From Octopus bimaculoides (lineage: Eukaryota), in assembly GCF_001194135.2 (NCBI RefSeq), contig NC_068989.1:12219494-12283493 (forward strand): a DNA stretch of 64,000 nucleotides. Reading direction: 5' to 3'. The notes beneath the pieces were generated by a model. It was not told the origin of the DNA and did not search any database. It worked only from the letters and a program-made list of their open reading frames with translations. The position numbers were made by a program, and so were the translations under genes. Positions 11,982-25,571 of the stretch are shown here, in pieces. Numbering within the stretch: position 1 is the first letter of the stretch; every line of letters begins with the position of its first letter.

Positions 11982-12324
11982 TTACTATTAAGTATAAACT
12001 GAAAAATTACATTTATGGCCTTTACCATCCATGTTTTTGCATCGTCAATTGATTTTGTAGGTGAGTAACGATTTAAAGCCTTACCGCTGGCTGAAATGTG
12101 CAGCATCATTTCATCCCCTATTTGCTCAGGAGCCTTAACGCATAAAATAAATCGATCGTAAATTTTTGTAAACTCAAGTCATTGTTTCCATGAGGAAAGA
12201 ATTATCTGGGAAGCACAGTTGCCTAAGGAATAAATGAGAATGCAGTTATTTGCGTCGAATACTGTTTCTACAGTGGTTTTATATATCTGTAAATTGACCA
12301 ACAATTTTATGGTTTAAGAAGTGT

Positions 12325-12465
12325 GCCGAAGTGGGATTATATCGATCCCAGTGTTCAACGGGTACTTTTTTATCTACCTCAGATGAATGACAGTCAAAGT
12401 TGACCTCGATCACATTTGAATTCAGAACATAAGATGGCGGAAGAAATACCATTAAGTAATCGTGG
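12325..12465 (-). mobile_element. Old SINE family A monomer remnant
   Basis: Diverged match to the family core (ATCGATCCCAGTGTTCAACGGGTACT...AAAGTTGACCTCG...TTTGAATTCAGAACAT). Confidence 0.65.
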
Positions 12466-12521
12466 TATGACATGTCAAATTTCTATTGTTCTCGCCCCTA
12501 TACATGCAACACACACGCACA

Positions 12522-12575
<54 letters not shown>

Positions 12576-14196
12576 TTCCTATATGCGGAATTATGTATGT
12601 ATGTAAGTTACTGCAAAATTAAAGAGGGATTATGTTCTATAATCGAATGTACATGATTCAAACTTTTACTGATGTGACTGTGGGATCCGAGCAATTGCGC
12701 ATTGTTTTAATCAAATCTTTAGTAGCATTTTATAATTTCCTCTAAACAATCCATATAGATCTTTACAACTTTCATCAATGGAACATTGGACTAGCAACAA
12801 CATATCGGAGGAGATTGTTTCGATATACTTTGATTTTGAAATAAAATTTTTATTCAGCAAGATTAAAACCTGATATTAAAAAAAATTCTTACTTGTATCG
12901 GCCATATTTATTGTCAAAATACTGTTATTTTATGCTATAATTTTATATCTATTGGTCTCTTTGATGTTTGAAATTCTCTTTTCAGTTTTACAATGTATGG
13001 TTTGCATGTTATATAGCCTAATAAATTAAGATCTTTGGAATAAAAGTTTCGATTTTGTATTTTACAATTGGGTTCTATAATAACTCACAAAATTTGTATT
13101 TTTACACAGCTTTCACTGAAATAATACAACACAACTCACACAACCAATGCACCAAAGAATGTACACAATCACCACTCGACACTAAAACATAAAATACAAT
13201 TTCACAAAGCATATCCAAACTTCCATGTACTATATGACTACATGGATACATTCTTTTGTATCTGAGTACATTAACAGAAATATTGTTGCAAGCTCGATTT
13301 AAAATTGCTAATATTACAGAAATTTAATGAATGCATGTTAGAAATAAAGGTCTATACAAACATATAGAGAGAAACAAAAACTAATTGCTTACGTTTCCTT
13401 CTTTTATTCCAATATTTCGGGCATAACATTCCTTTATCAATCACGTAAGATTTAAAATGTATAAAGCAAAAATCTAACGGTTGTTTTGTTTTCTTACCCA
13501 CCATTTTCGATTCATTATACTTGATTTCTGAAATAAAAAAAATGCAAGTTTAAATTATACAGTGACGCATGCACAACGAAAAGCAAATAACTATTTAGTC
13601 ATTTCTGAGAATAAGGAAAGTATCAAGAACAAGGACCTTCTATAAAATGTATTGTATGCACAGAAGACGATACTGTTATAAGGCTCTGATTCATACATCG
13701 AGTACTGAATGTTAACCTAGTATAAATATGTACTGAGACATTTAGTGAGAAATATCTACATAACACTTCTAGGTTCAGCTAATGTAGAAATTGTCCTCGA
13801 GGATTGGTCAATATTTTGTGACTGAAATTTGGTATCTGAATATTTGTGCGTGCGTATGCGGGCGTTCGTCCTTGCGTGTATGTGTGTCTATAAGTGCTTG
13901 TTTATGTCTATCGGCTAGAAAATATGATGGTTTATATTGTGGCCACTTATATCCCTTTACTTAGTAGTTCGGCAAATAACCATCTGTGAAATAACAGTTG
14001 TTGTTGGCACTCCGTCACTTACGACGTCGAGGGTTCCAGTTGATCCGATCAACGGAACAGCCTGCTCATGAAATTAACGTGCAAGTGGCTGAGCACTCCA
14101 CAGACACGTGTACCCTTTACACACATTTTTTCTCTCCTTTTTTCTCCCCATTTTGTTTTTCGCTCCTTGTTTCTCTTCTTGTTTCTTTCTGTGTTC

Positions 14197-14232
14197 CTTT
14201 CTGTAGAAGAGCGTATGCTCGAAACGTCAAAG
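14197..14232 (+). ncRNA. Minimal type I hammerhead-like motif, variant core CUGUAGA
   Basis: CUUU-CUGUAGA-A-GAGC(GUAU)GCUC-GAAA-CG-UC-AAAG: stems I and II perfect, ACGU palindrome, GUC triplet. Confidence 0.6.
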
Positions 14233-14387
14233 ACTTTTTCAATTCCCGAACGTTATACTAATACATCTGTTTGTTTTCTACATCACCTGTCTTCGTATTT
14301 TGTCTGTTTTTGTGTGAATTCTCCCTATATATATATATATAAGAATTTAAGGATTGGAGAAAACGCATGTTATAATTGGATACTTTA

Positions 14388-14471
14388 TTCCTACATATGT
14401 TTCAAAGGATTACAACCTGTGTGATCCATAGGGATCTTTGATATTAAAATTGTAACCTTCTCATCAGGGAA
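14388..14471 (-). ncRNA. Type I hammerhead ribozyme with intact core (PLE type)
   Basis: UUCC-CUGAUGA-GAAGGUUACAA...UUGUAAUCCUUU-GAA-ACAUAUGU-A-GGAA: stem I 4 bp, stem II 11 bp with one bulge, palindromic stem III, GUA triplet, followed by AAUAAAG and an end at (TA)n. Confidence 0.8.
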
Positions 14472-15048
14472 AGCATGGGAATCATCTTAAACGTAAGACA
14501 TTATGACCGATTATGAAAACAATAGATGGATAAGGTTATGACTTAAATCTTAAATATACTCAAATACTCAAAATTTCAAGGAGTTCCTGCCTTAAAAACA
14601 GGAACCACAGATATTTTGTGTTCTTTGCTAGATTGGTTTCTATTAACCCATTTATTCTATCAGAAGAATNNNNNNNNNNNNNNNNNNNNNNNNNNNNNNN
14701 NNNNNNNNNNNNNNNNNNNNNNNNNNNNNNNNNNNNNNNNNNNNNNNNNNNNNNNNNNNNNNNNNNNNNNNNNNNNNNNNNNNNNNNNNNNNNNNNNNNN
14801 NNNNNNNNNNNNNNNNNNNNNNNNNNNNNNNNNNNNNNNNNNNNNNNNNNNNNNNNNNNNNNNNNNNNNNNATATATAGTTAAAAAAACACAAAAAAACA
14901 ATAACAAAAATAGGGTACACGTGTCTGTGGAGTGCTCAGCCACTTGCACGTTAATTTCACGAGCAGGCTGTTCCGTTGATCGGATCAACTGGAACCCTCG
15001 ACGTCGTAAGTGACGGAGTGCCAACAACAACTGTTATTTCACAGATGG

Positions 15049-15081
<33 letters not shown>

Positions 15082-15779
15082 TGTGTTTGTGTGTATATTT
15101 ATGTATACACACGCATATACATATATATATACATCCATATATATATACGTCCATATGTGTGTGTGTGTGTGAGAGAGACAGAGAGAGACAGAGGCAGAGA
15201 GGGAGAAGGAGAGAGCGAGAAGTTATAAAACTATCGTAATTAAATATTCTCTTCCTAGCAATTTATTTGAGAAATTTGTCCATTACACGATATATCAATC
15301 TGAATTTCCCATACAGATATAGATTATTAACGAGTTATAGACAATTACATAAAGACATTTTACTCTTTCCTTTCCTTCCTACTTTCATTTCAGCCATTCT
15401 GTAGTGAGTCTTAAATGTATTATCTAACAAGTTAGAACCATTGTACGCAACTTTGCGACCACTCAACAGCGTGGTAGTTATAAATGAACGCTCATGCACA
15501 TACATACATACACACACACAAACAAAATCACACATACACACACACACACACACATATATATATATTTATATGGAGGATGAAGAAGAAAGAAAGAAGCAAA
15601 GAATGAAAAGAGAAAGAAAGGAAGAAAGTATGGATAAATGAATGAAGGAATAGAAGGAGATGTAAAGAAAGAGGAGAAATCGGGAGAAACGCTAATATAC
15701 GTATGCGCTTCTGTGTGCCTCTTTGTCTGTGTCCCTATCTTACCTAATTATCAATACATATATGAGTGTGTCTACACAG

Positions 15780-15902
15780 AAAGATTGATAGGTAGACGGA
15801 GAGACAGACAGAGAGATAGACAGACAGATGGACAGACAAACAGACAAAGAGGCAGAGAAACAGACAGACAGACAGATAGATAGATAGATAGATAGATAGA
15901 TC

Positions 15903-15953
<51 letters not shown>

Positions 15954-16160
15954 TGGTTGATTGATGCATAGGTAGCTAGCTAGCTAGCTAGATTGATTGA
16001 TGCATAGGTAGCTAGCTAGCTAGTTAGATAGATAAACAGATAGATAGACAGATAGACNNNNNNNNNNAGAGAGATAGACAGACAGATGGACAGACAAACA
16101 GACAAAGAGGCAGAGAAACAGACAGACAGACAGATAGATAGATAGATAGATAGATAGATC

Positions 16161-16205
<45 letters not shown>

Positions 16206-16292
16206 GTAGACAGACAGACCGACAGACAGATAGATAGTCAGATAGACAGACAGACAGATATATATATATAGGTAGATAGATAAATAGATAGA
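15780..16292. repeat. (GATA)n/(GACA)n/(GCTA)n tetranucleotide array
   Basis: Direct reading; contains a block duplicated across a 10-N gap. Confidence 0.95.
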
Positions 16293-17861
16293 TATTACCT
16301 TTTCCAGCTAGAGAGGTATATACTTATATATACTTACGTGTGTGAGTTCATGCAAATGTGAGTACTTGTGTTGTCGTATGCCATGCTACTGCATATGTCT
16401 GTTGAACTAGTGGTTCTCTGCGATTTAATTTCATGTATCTTCCAGTAATTTTCCGATACCATTTAAACTTTCTTGACTTTTATAACTAAAAAAAATATGA
16501 AGTGATAAAAAAAAAATCTCTATAACTATCGTTTAAAACACGAGCGGTTATAAAATAATGACTTTCGTTGAACTAATTTTTCTCTACGACCCAATTTGAG
16601 ATTATTAAAGCCATTCTGGTATCGATTATTTTAACTGATTCTATGTAGAGGAACGTCTCGAATGCTTTTACATCTTTAAATAAACTTTTAATAGTTTATT
16701 TAAATTATTGCCAGTAGTGATAATGGTATTTCGTGAAGCATTCAATTTCATACTGATAGCCTCAGCTTCGCTGACAAATACCCTCACGAAATAATTTCTT
16801 CTCAGCAGAAACAATGTGACTTTCTGCCTTCACTATTTTAAATTGAAGGTAAAGAGAATGTTAGGTATCCTAAAATGTCTTCTTTCCATCATTGTCAATC
16901 ATCAAACTAGCAGTTTGTTGTGATGCAATTCGTCGTTAGTTTTAGAAGAGCAATCATTGTCAGAGTCAATTGATCGTAAAGAAGAGTTATCTTCCAAACT
17001 ACTGTTTATTTCTAGTTTGCGTGCCGACTGTTTTGTTCTATTCTTACGATATCTATGATCCAGTGAGTTTTGCTGTTTATAATTAAACAGACCAGCCTTA
17101 TCTTAGCTTGAAGTCTGTTCAGTCTGCATGCGATAATATATCGTTCTGTTGTTGAGATGAACAGCTAATTAGTACAAGAAGTAAACAGCCAACCCTATTC
17201 CAATTCTGTATAAGAGGATGCAGTAAAAGGAATTAAAAGCTTAAGGAGTCCAATAAATTTGAATTATTTATTTACGATATTTATTTATTGTACCGTGTTT
17301 AAATCCCTATCTAAAACTGACCGGCTTTCGGTTGCCATAAGCTGTAGTCATCATAGACATAGCCAATTATTTTCCTTTCGAGAATATCTCATTAAATTCG
17401 CTTGATCAGATATCTTAGTTCATAAATCGATCACGATTTAGTTGCTAGTCAGTGATTGACATATTGGTAGGAAGATAATGTATTTATAATGAACCAGGTA
17501 TTGTTTTCACGTGACAGAAGAAAATCACAACCAATTCACATAAATTAACATGAAAAAGCCCTGCAATTGGTAGTTTACTAAAGAGTTTTTCTCCGGCTCT
17601 ACTGTCCGCGTTTGGTGTCCAACAACTGTTCCTAGATTCTGAATGAAGCATAAACATATGTATCCCTAACATTTGCTATACAGAAAACAAAAGGATGTCG
17701 TTGACACATTGGATAATTCAAGGTTTGATGTAATGAACTCAAGACCTTAACTACATTCCACAAGTAGATTTATTTAGTATTGTGGTTTCAATGAGAGGAA
17801 AAAGAACCAGCACCCTTTCCAATGGGTTTCACATGCTTCTTAGAACGGTACCAAACATACT

Positions 17862-18291
17862 TTTTCTACTCTAGGCACAAAGCGCGAAAATTTCGTGGGG
17901 AGAGGGGGGGTCAGTCGGTTAAATCGACTCCAGTACGCAACTAGTACTTAATTTATCGATAACGAAAGGATGAAAGGCACAGTTGACCTCAGCGGAATTT
18001 GGACTCAGAACGTAAAGACAGACGAAATATCGCAAATACCCGGCGTGCTAACGTTTTTTATTTCTTTATTGCCCACAAGGGGGTAAACATAGAGGGTACA
18101 AACAAGGACAGACAAAGGGGTCAAGGCAATTATATTGGCCCATATGCGTAACTAGTACTTAATTTATCGACCCCGAAAGGATAAAAGGCACAGTCGACCT
18201 CGTCGATATTTGAACTCAGAACGTAACGACAGACGATATACCGCTAAACATTTCGCCCGGCGTGCTAACGCTTCTGCCAGCTCACCGCCTT
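17862..18291 (-). mobile_element. Full-length dimeric SINE (family A) with 17-bp TSD
   Basis: A-box-like TGGCAGAAGCGTTAGC and B-box-like GAGTTCAAAT in the head; two tandem monomers; TSD ACGGTACCAAACATACT at 17845-17861 and 18292-18308. Confidence 0.93.
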
Positions 18292-19857
18292 ACGGTACCA
18301 AACATACTAAACAATAATACGCAGTAAAAGTTCATGATTACATACAAATATAGTTTGGTTGCAGTTCTGCGGCCCGGCACCTCTGGCAAAGATTTTCTAT
18401 ACAAAACACGATTTGACAAACACTTTGTTTAGCAATATCTACATCTTTTATCAGTGTATATTATCGAATGAGGGATACAAAATCCGGCAAAAACTATGTA
18501 CTCTTCAAGCGATGTCCCTTGTGTGTAATTACAATCAATCTTCCTTCTGCTTCTCTCTCTCTCTTTCGCTCGCTCCCTCTCTGTCAGTCATACACTGAAC
18601 AAGTGATTGGCCTATCTTATGATGCTATTTTTTAAATAAACTTTACTTGAATATTAACGAAATGTAATAAATATGTCCTTCGCCATCTCTTTGTTTTACA
18701 CTGTTATTCTTATCATTTTCGTGTTTTCCGGTATTTTCATTTGCTTTAGTCTTTTTACTGGAGATTAATTAAAACATTTCCAGTTCAATTACAATATTAT
18801 AGTTAATTGTAGTTCATTTCTAACTGTTCAGTAGATTTTATTTATATCACGCTTACAAAACCATTTCTTTTATCTTCGTTTAAGAATTTCGTTTCTTTGT
18901 GTAGCTCCTCAGTATTTCTCTTCTGAAATTAGTTCGAAAATTGTTATAAATCCGCATGCCGTAGTACCGCTTATATTGGTGTACTTTATGTTCCTTTCAG
19001 TAATATCACTTTTCCACCTCCATTCACTGCATTTAATATTTTGTAATTTCTATGTGTTCTTATAATCTCTGAAGCACAAGATATCAACTATCGCCCCCTA
19101 GGTCTGCAAATATCTGCCCACTATTTATTACAGCTCATAATAATTTTACAAGCGTAAACCAATAGATTTCTACCTATGATTATAACACCTTTGGAGCATA
19201 TTAACCGGGGTAACATTACAATGGCCTGGAGATTAACCTTTTCAGCAGAGAAAAGCGTGGAGTAGAAGCGTTTACATAAACATTTTAGAGCGTAACTTTT
19301 TAAAGTTCGCTCTGCAGATTTCAACGGTCTTGTTATCATTTCGTTTATTTTTGTCTATGGTTATTACATTTAATTTGGGAACTTTTCCCATCCGCATACT
19401 CAAAACCTAATGTAAAAGAGCTAAAAGCACCGGAAATAATTCAAAATAACGATGACGTGGAGTACTAAATTCCTGAAATGAACTTAAGCAATGTTAAAAC
19501 TACTGGAAGATTTCAGACAAATACATAGTAATTTTATCATTTATCAATGCTGAAAAAACTTTTAAAGATACCAAAGATAGCGAAAAGAATCTACTAACCT
19601 AATGCACGAAGGGTAAAATTATTTCAAGGGAATCAAATTAAAACAGAAAGATAACAAAGTCACACTATAAAGTAACAAATATCTTTAGCGTGAGCGCATC
19701 TAAAATTAAGAAAACATCAATCATATAGAATGGTATTAATACAAAATCTTTAATATCATAAAGTTATATATTATACAAAGAAGCTGAAAAAATAAAGTGA
19801 TGTAAAATGTCGTCTTTTAAAGATAGGTGTTTCGTATCTAGATATTCATAGAAGCAA

Positions 19858-19904
<47 letters not shown>

Positions 19905-20529
19905 NNNNNNNNNNATTATAATATATATGTATATGTATGTGAATGTTTGTATACACAGACACACACACACAAATATATATAGATATACAAATAGCAGCCA
20001 CTCCTACGCCTCTGTATGTACGTATGTATGTATGTATGTATGTGTGTATGTATGTACGTATGTAAGTATGTATGTATGTATGTATGTATGTATCGTGTTG
20101 ATATGGTTTCAAATGCTCTCTATTATCTGTTCCGATATATAATAGAATGTGTGCGTAGGTTGTTAGCATAGATTACGCTATGCATTTCACGAAATGTAAA
20201 CTAGCGTAAGTGACGTGATCAATTTTACACTTTGTTTTTAAGCATTTTACTAATAACTATTCCAGGCAATTCGTTTTTATTTTCAAATATAGATTAACAT
20301 CTTAAAATTTATCACAAGAAATCTAAGCTGATATAATCCTATTATTTGGTCTTCGTGAAAGAAAACATTGTTATATTTGTCTGAATTCACATTTTGACTA
20401 AATGTCTCTGGCATGCCATTTTAGGTGTTTTGGTGTCTGTCTTGCAACTAATATGTTCCAGGAATAAAAGCTAGCGTTGTGCAGAGAAAATTAAAGATTT
20501 AATGGACTGGATGTGGCTTGTTCATTCCA

Positions 20530-20636
20530 ACGCAACATATCTCGTCTTCCTTTTCTTCTTGTTTTTCTTGTTTTTCTTGTTGTTCTTGTTGTTCTTGTTG
20601 TTCTTGTTCTTCTTGTTCTTGTTCTTGCTCTTGCTC

Positions 20637-20674
<38 letters not shown>

Positions 20675-21000
20675 CTTCTTCTTCTTCTTCTTCTTCTCAT
20701 CATAATCAGCAGCAGCAGCAGCTGCAACATCATCCTCCACATCATCATCCCTAACGCCATTATCATGATCATCATCATCATCGTAATCATCGTCATCGCT
20801 GTCGTCGTCGTCGTTGTCATTGTGATTATCGTTGTCATCATCGTCGACATCATCGTCGTCATCACCACCACTCTTTTTCTTCTCATCTCTCTTCCTCATT
20901 TACATATCATCATCACTACCAATATTATCATAATATTCCTCATCGTCTTCGTCGTCATAGACATCAATATCGTCTTCATCATCATCATCATCATCGTCAT
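20530..21000. repeat. Compound (TTC/TTG/CAT/CGT)n array
   Basis: Direct reading. Confidence 0.95.
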
Positions 21001-22384
21001 AGTATTTGTCGAAAGGATCCCGTGGAAAAGTAGAAAAAAATTGTTAAATTTTGGAAAATTGTCGTTTTGAAAATTTTGCGCTGAAATGTAGAATTATATA
21101 ACCAGTTAAAGTTGTTGTTGTTGTTGTGGTTGTTGTTCTTACATTTGTTGTTGCTTTCGTTGTCATATTTGTTGTTGTTTAGTCTAGCGATTACACAATG
21201 GATTATAATCGAATGTATGCCAGCCGTGAGACATTTGTCCTTTTCAAACATAGAATTCTGTGCTCGTCAGTGTGTCCGTGCGTATGTATTTGTATGATTG
21301 TGTATGTCTGCATATGTATCGCTGAACATGTGTGTGTATCTTTATGTTCGATTGTGTGTTCGTGTGTGTGTTATGAAGAACAATCTTATTGATTGACCAC
21401 ACATGGTCTTCTATTTTCTTCAAGTCAGGTGCTTTATATTGCCTCACCAGCCATTGTGTTAGCCGTGAGTTGTATCTGTCGTTAGTACTGTGTACATGTA
21501 TCATCTCTGTAAGCTTTTGTGTTATGTTATTTCCTTGTGTGTTAAATGCGTTTAGTAATTTTTATGAGTGTTCTGTTATCCTATTTGATGGTGCTTCAGT
21601 AAATTATGAGTGCTGTGTTATTCACACAAAAAATGTCCCGCAGAGCACGTAGCAATGGCTTCTTTGTGATCGGTATTTTTTCCAATTTTTACTAAAACTA
21701 ATGTTCCAAATATTATTGTCATTCCTTTTTACTCACCAACTCTCCATTCTATATACTTTAACATCAAGATCTTTCTAATGTGACAGTTGCCCCATTACTC
21801 TGCTCTTCAGAAAAGATCGATACGTCTATCAAACTACAAAGATTCTTGTTCTTGTCCTTTATAACTATAACTAGACGGTTTTTATGTATTTTACTGGTCA
21901 GTGTGGACAGATATGTCTCAGTTGATTGTGGACGGTTTGCTTTCATGCGCTATATTTAGTGTATGCTTAAGCAACTTATCGCTTTTCATGTCGAACAGCT
22001 GGCATACAACGCCTGGCAAGATCCTGTCTCTGGATACATTCGGGCATTGGAAGAACAGGGAAAATGAAGACACTCGAATCAATTGTATTCTTGCAGTCAT
22101 TACGTAGTCTTCACTTCCTGTTTTCCTCTTTCCTTATGTTTTCATGATTACTTTGTTTTTAAAACCTTAAATTCTATTCTGTGTTTTTAATTTACATTAT
22201 ATTTAATAGGCTTATTATATACAAGCTTTAATAGTTCCCACATTTGTTATAAAAGTCACTTATGGCCCACCCTTTTTTTTTCGTTTTTTGCAAAACCCCC
22301 ATCTATAACATGGCCTTCGTTCAGCTCAAAGCTAATCCTTCTCCTCCACGCATTTCTAATATTTAGGGTTTTCATTCCAATTCG

Positions 22385-22398
22385 TTCTTCTTCTTCTT

Positions 22399-22429
<31 letters not shown>

Positions 22430-22885
22430 TTCTTCTTCTTTGTTGGTGCTGTACCTGTTGTTTTTGTGGAGGTGTTCGTGGATATAGTGGTGTTGGTGAT
22501 GTTGGTAGTGGATGTGATGATGGTAATAGTGGCGGTACATTGAAAGTGGTGGTAGTGGTGATGATGACAATGGTGGTGATTGTGCTGTGGATGGTGGTTG
22601 TGGTGGTGGTGGTGGTGATGGTAATGTGGGTGGTATTGATAGTGATGATGATTGTGATAGTGGTAGTGGTAGTTGTGTTGATAGTGCTAGTGGAGGTGGT
22701 GTTGATCGTGGCTGTGGTGCTGGTGGTGGTAGTGACGGCGATAGTATTAGTGTCGGCTTGTGGTGGTGCTGATGGTGCTAATAATGACGCTGGTGGTGGT
22801 GATGTTGCTGATGACGCCTATGCTGATGGTGTTAGCCGTGATGGTAGTATTACTACTGCTTCTGGTAGTTGTTGCTATTGTTGCT
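22385..22885. repeat. (TTC)n followed by degenerate (GGT/GAT)n
   Basis: Direct reading. Confidence 0.9.
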
Positions 22886-22909
22886 GTCAGTGTTAGCAGC
22901 AATTACATT

Positions 22910-23340
22910 CTTTTCAACTCGAGGCATAAGGCCCGAAATTTTGGGGGAGGGAGGCAGTCGATTAGATGGACCCCAGTACGCAACTGGTACTTAATTTATT
23001 GACCCCGAAAGGATAAAAGGCAAAGTCGACGTCGGCGGAATTTGAACTCAGAACGTAAAGACAGACGAAATACCGCTAAGCATTTCGCACGGCGTGCTAA
23101 CGTTTCTTATTTCTTTGTTGACTACAAGGGGCTAAGCATAGAGGGGACAAACAAGGACAGAGAAAGGGATTACGTCGATTACATCGACCCCAGTGCGTAA
23201 CTGGTACTTATTTAATCGACCCCGAAAGGATGAAAGACAAAGTCGACCTCGGCAGAATTTGAACTCAGAAGGTAACGGCAGACGAAATACCGCTAAGCAT
23301 TTCGCCCGGCATGCTAACGATTCTGCCAACTCGCCGCCTT
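22910..23340 (-). mobile_element. Full-length dimeric SINE (family A) with 17-bp TSD (1 mismatch)
   Basis: Same architecture as 17862-18291; TTAGCAG(C/T)AATTACATT at 22893-22909 and 23341-23357. Confidence 0.93.
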
Positions 23341-25021
23341 TTAGCAGTAATTACATTGTTCCGCCCTCATTGTTAGTGACAGTAGTATTGTCTACCGCTG
23401 AAAGTTACCATCAATATCATCACCACTAAATAATTTATGTTTAATTAATGTAAGTTGTTATTAAATGTTCTATTATCAAATCACGCGTATACAAAGACAA
23501 AAACATAAAGCGGAAAATATTATTTATTTGAATTATCATTGAAAAACAAATATTGTATTATTAGTGTTTAATTAATAAATTTGAGAAAAAAAAATCATGA
23601 TATTAAGTATTTTATCTGAAGTGTGTATATGCTTAGAGATGTTTGTGTGTATATGTGCATATGTTGTGTTCGCGTGTGTATGTTTTAGTGTTTGTGTGAG
23701 TATATGTAAATGCGTGCCTGTGCATGCATGTATGAGTGTATGAGACGCATTTCTAACATCGCAAGTCATTTTAAAGACACCACGAATTTACGGATATTTA
23801 CGAATCATTTTTCATTAAAATATTAAAAAATTAATTATACCATAAAAGAATGTCCCCCGCGAAGGAGAAAATGTAAATAACATTAGAAAATGGCGACACA
23901 TCAGTTTTGCAAATATAAACACGTCAAATAAATTATTCAATCTCAAATTATATTGTAGTACTAAAGGCCACAATTTAATATAATGAATTAGAAAAGAGGT
24001 TGTGTGGTTCATTTGTTAAACCGCTAACACATGATGATACGGTTGAAATATTTGTATTTGTGGAGACTATTAGATGTTTGTAATCTGCAAAAATTAGTAG
24101 TTCATTAAACTGATTTTAATTAATAATAATCTTAGACGTGTTCATTTAGAAATATTTCGTGACGCTGTTTTTTTCTGCAGAAGAGCTCTCTTCTGATTAA
24201 CATACAGTACACAGTTAGTCGAAATTTTGTAACTACATATTAAAATTACAACTTTAAGCCGTACCAGTTGTCGTTATTTGCAAGAAGGTCAGCATTAACC
24301 TTGTACAGTTGCCGTTAAATATGTGTTAGCGTTCAACATTTCACCGTTTCCTTAGTGTATCGTGGATGATATTGTCCAGTATGTATTCCCCTTTTAAAAA
24401 CGGATATTTAAGGGAAACATACGGGTGGGGTGAGAGGTTCCTAGCTTTAAGATTATCGCAAAGACCTGGTTGCAGCCTTAACATTCCGAGTTCTTTTACT
24501 GGCTTACAAAAGCTGTAGGACCACTGCAATAAGTGTGTTAATCTGAGAAGAGGATATGTTAAATAAGATCATGATTAAGTGATACTCCTGTATTTTCTTT
24601 TACCGGAAGCCAGGATCATTTCAGTGCTCCTCGTGTACATATATATACATAATATATATATATATATANNNNNNNNNNNNNNNNNNNNNNNNNNNNNNNN
24701 NNNNNNNNNNNNNNNNNNNNNNNNNNNNNNNNNNNNNNNNNNNNNNNNNNNNNNNNNNNNNNNNNNNNNNNNNNNNNNNNNNNNNNNNNNNNNNNNNNNN
24801 NNNNNNNNNNNNNNNNNNGATGAAAAGTGTAGGTGGCATACGAGTGGGTATATATTTATAAAAAAGAAGTTTGAAAACTCCACTATATAAAATAAATTTT
24901 AATTTATAATTTTCTCGGAGATATTTTACATGTATCGGTTCATGAAAAAACGAACCTTATCAAAAATACATATATTTTTTTAAAAATGTGATTAAAAGAA
25001 AAGTTCATAATTGTTTCTTAC

Positions 25022-25360
25022 TGGTGTCAACGTAGTCCACGTGGGAGCGTTTTTTGTGCGGGGACATAATGGCTGTCTAGAGCGTTGGCTTGAATCGTTG
25101 GTTGTAGTAGTAGTGACCGTGTTGGTAATAGTAAACAGGAGTGACCTCTGTCCGTGTAAGCAGCAGTAGTTAATTGGTTGTAGTAGTAGAGGAGGAAGCA
25201 GCAGTAGCAGCAGCAGTGGCAGTAGCAGTAGTAGTACTGACCGTAATAGCAGTAGTAGCAGAGACTGTTGGTCGTAGTAGTAGTAGTAGTAGTTGTAGCA
25301 GGGACCGCTGTTTTCAGTAGTAGTAGTTATCGTGGCAGTGGTGGTGGAGTTGTAGGACAT
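25022..25360 (-). CDS. Candidate first coding exon (113 aa) of a secreted or membrane protein
   Basis: In-frame TGA 9 nt upstream, GAA-ATG context, MSYNST...SLLLLLLRSVLLLLLPLLLLLLLPPLLLQPINYCCLHG-QR...PLCPRTKNAPTWTTLTP, ending at a phase-0 CCA|GTAAGA donor; GC higher than flanks. Caveat: part is (ACT/CTG)n repeat, which contains no stop codon on this strand. Confidence 0.5.
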
Positions 25361-25571
25361 TTCGTCTCACGTTGCTTTGCGATCACTTCAACACCTGACG
25401 CGTGGTACACCGTGCACCTGTTCAGGTAACGTTGATTTGATGGACGGAGTGAGGTAATGTACAGCACATAGATTTGATCATTATAAGCAAATCATTTATG
25501 TAGGCCGCTCAGCAAAAACTGAACAATCATAGGTCGTCTTTGACAGTCGAATCCATTATTATTATTAATAG

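Larger units (their letters stand above)
13976..15052. repeat. 141-bp near-perfect inverted repeat: arms 13976-14116 and 14912-15052
   Basis: Manual alignment 140/141. Each arm is a truncated SINE-B tail plus the same non-SINE flank (TGTTATTTCACAGATGGTTAT). Confidence 0.92.

Noticed and set aside
15799-16190. Near-identical GACA/GATA block duplicated across a 10-N gap
   Set aside because: Most likely unmerged overlapping contig ends.
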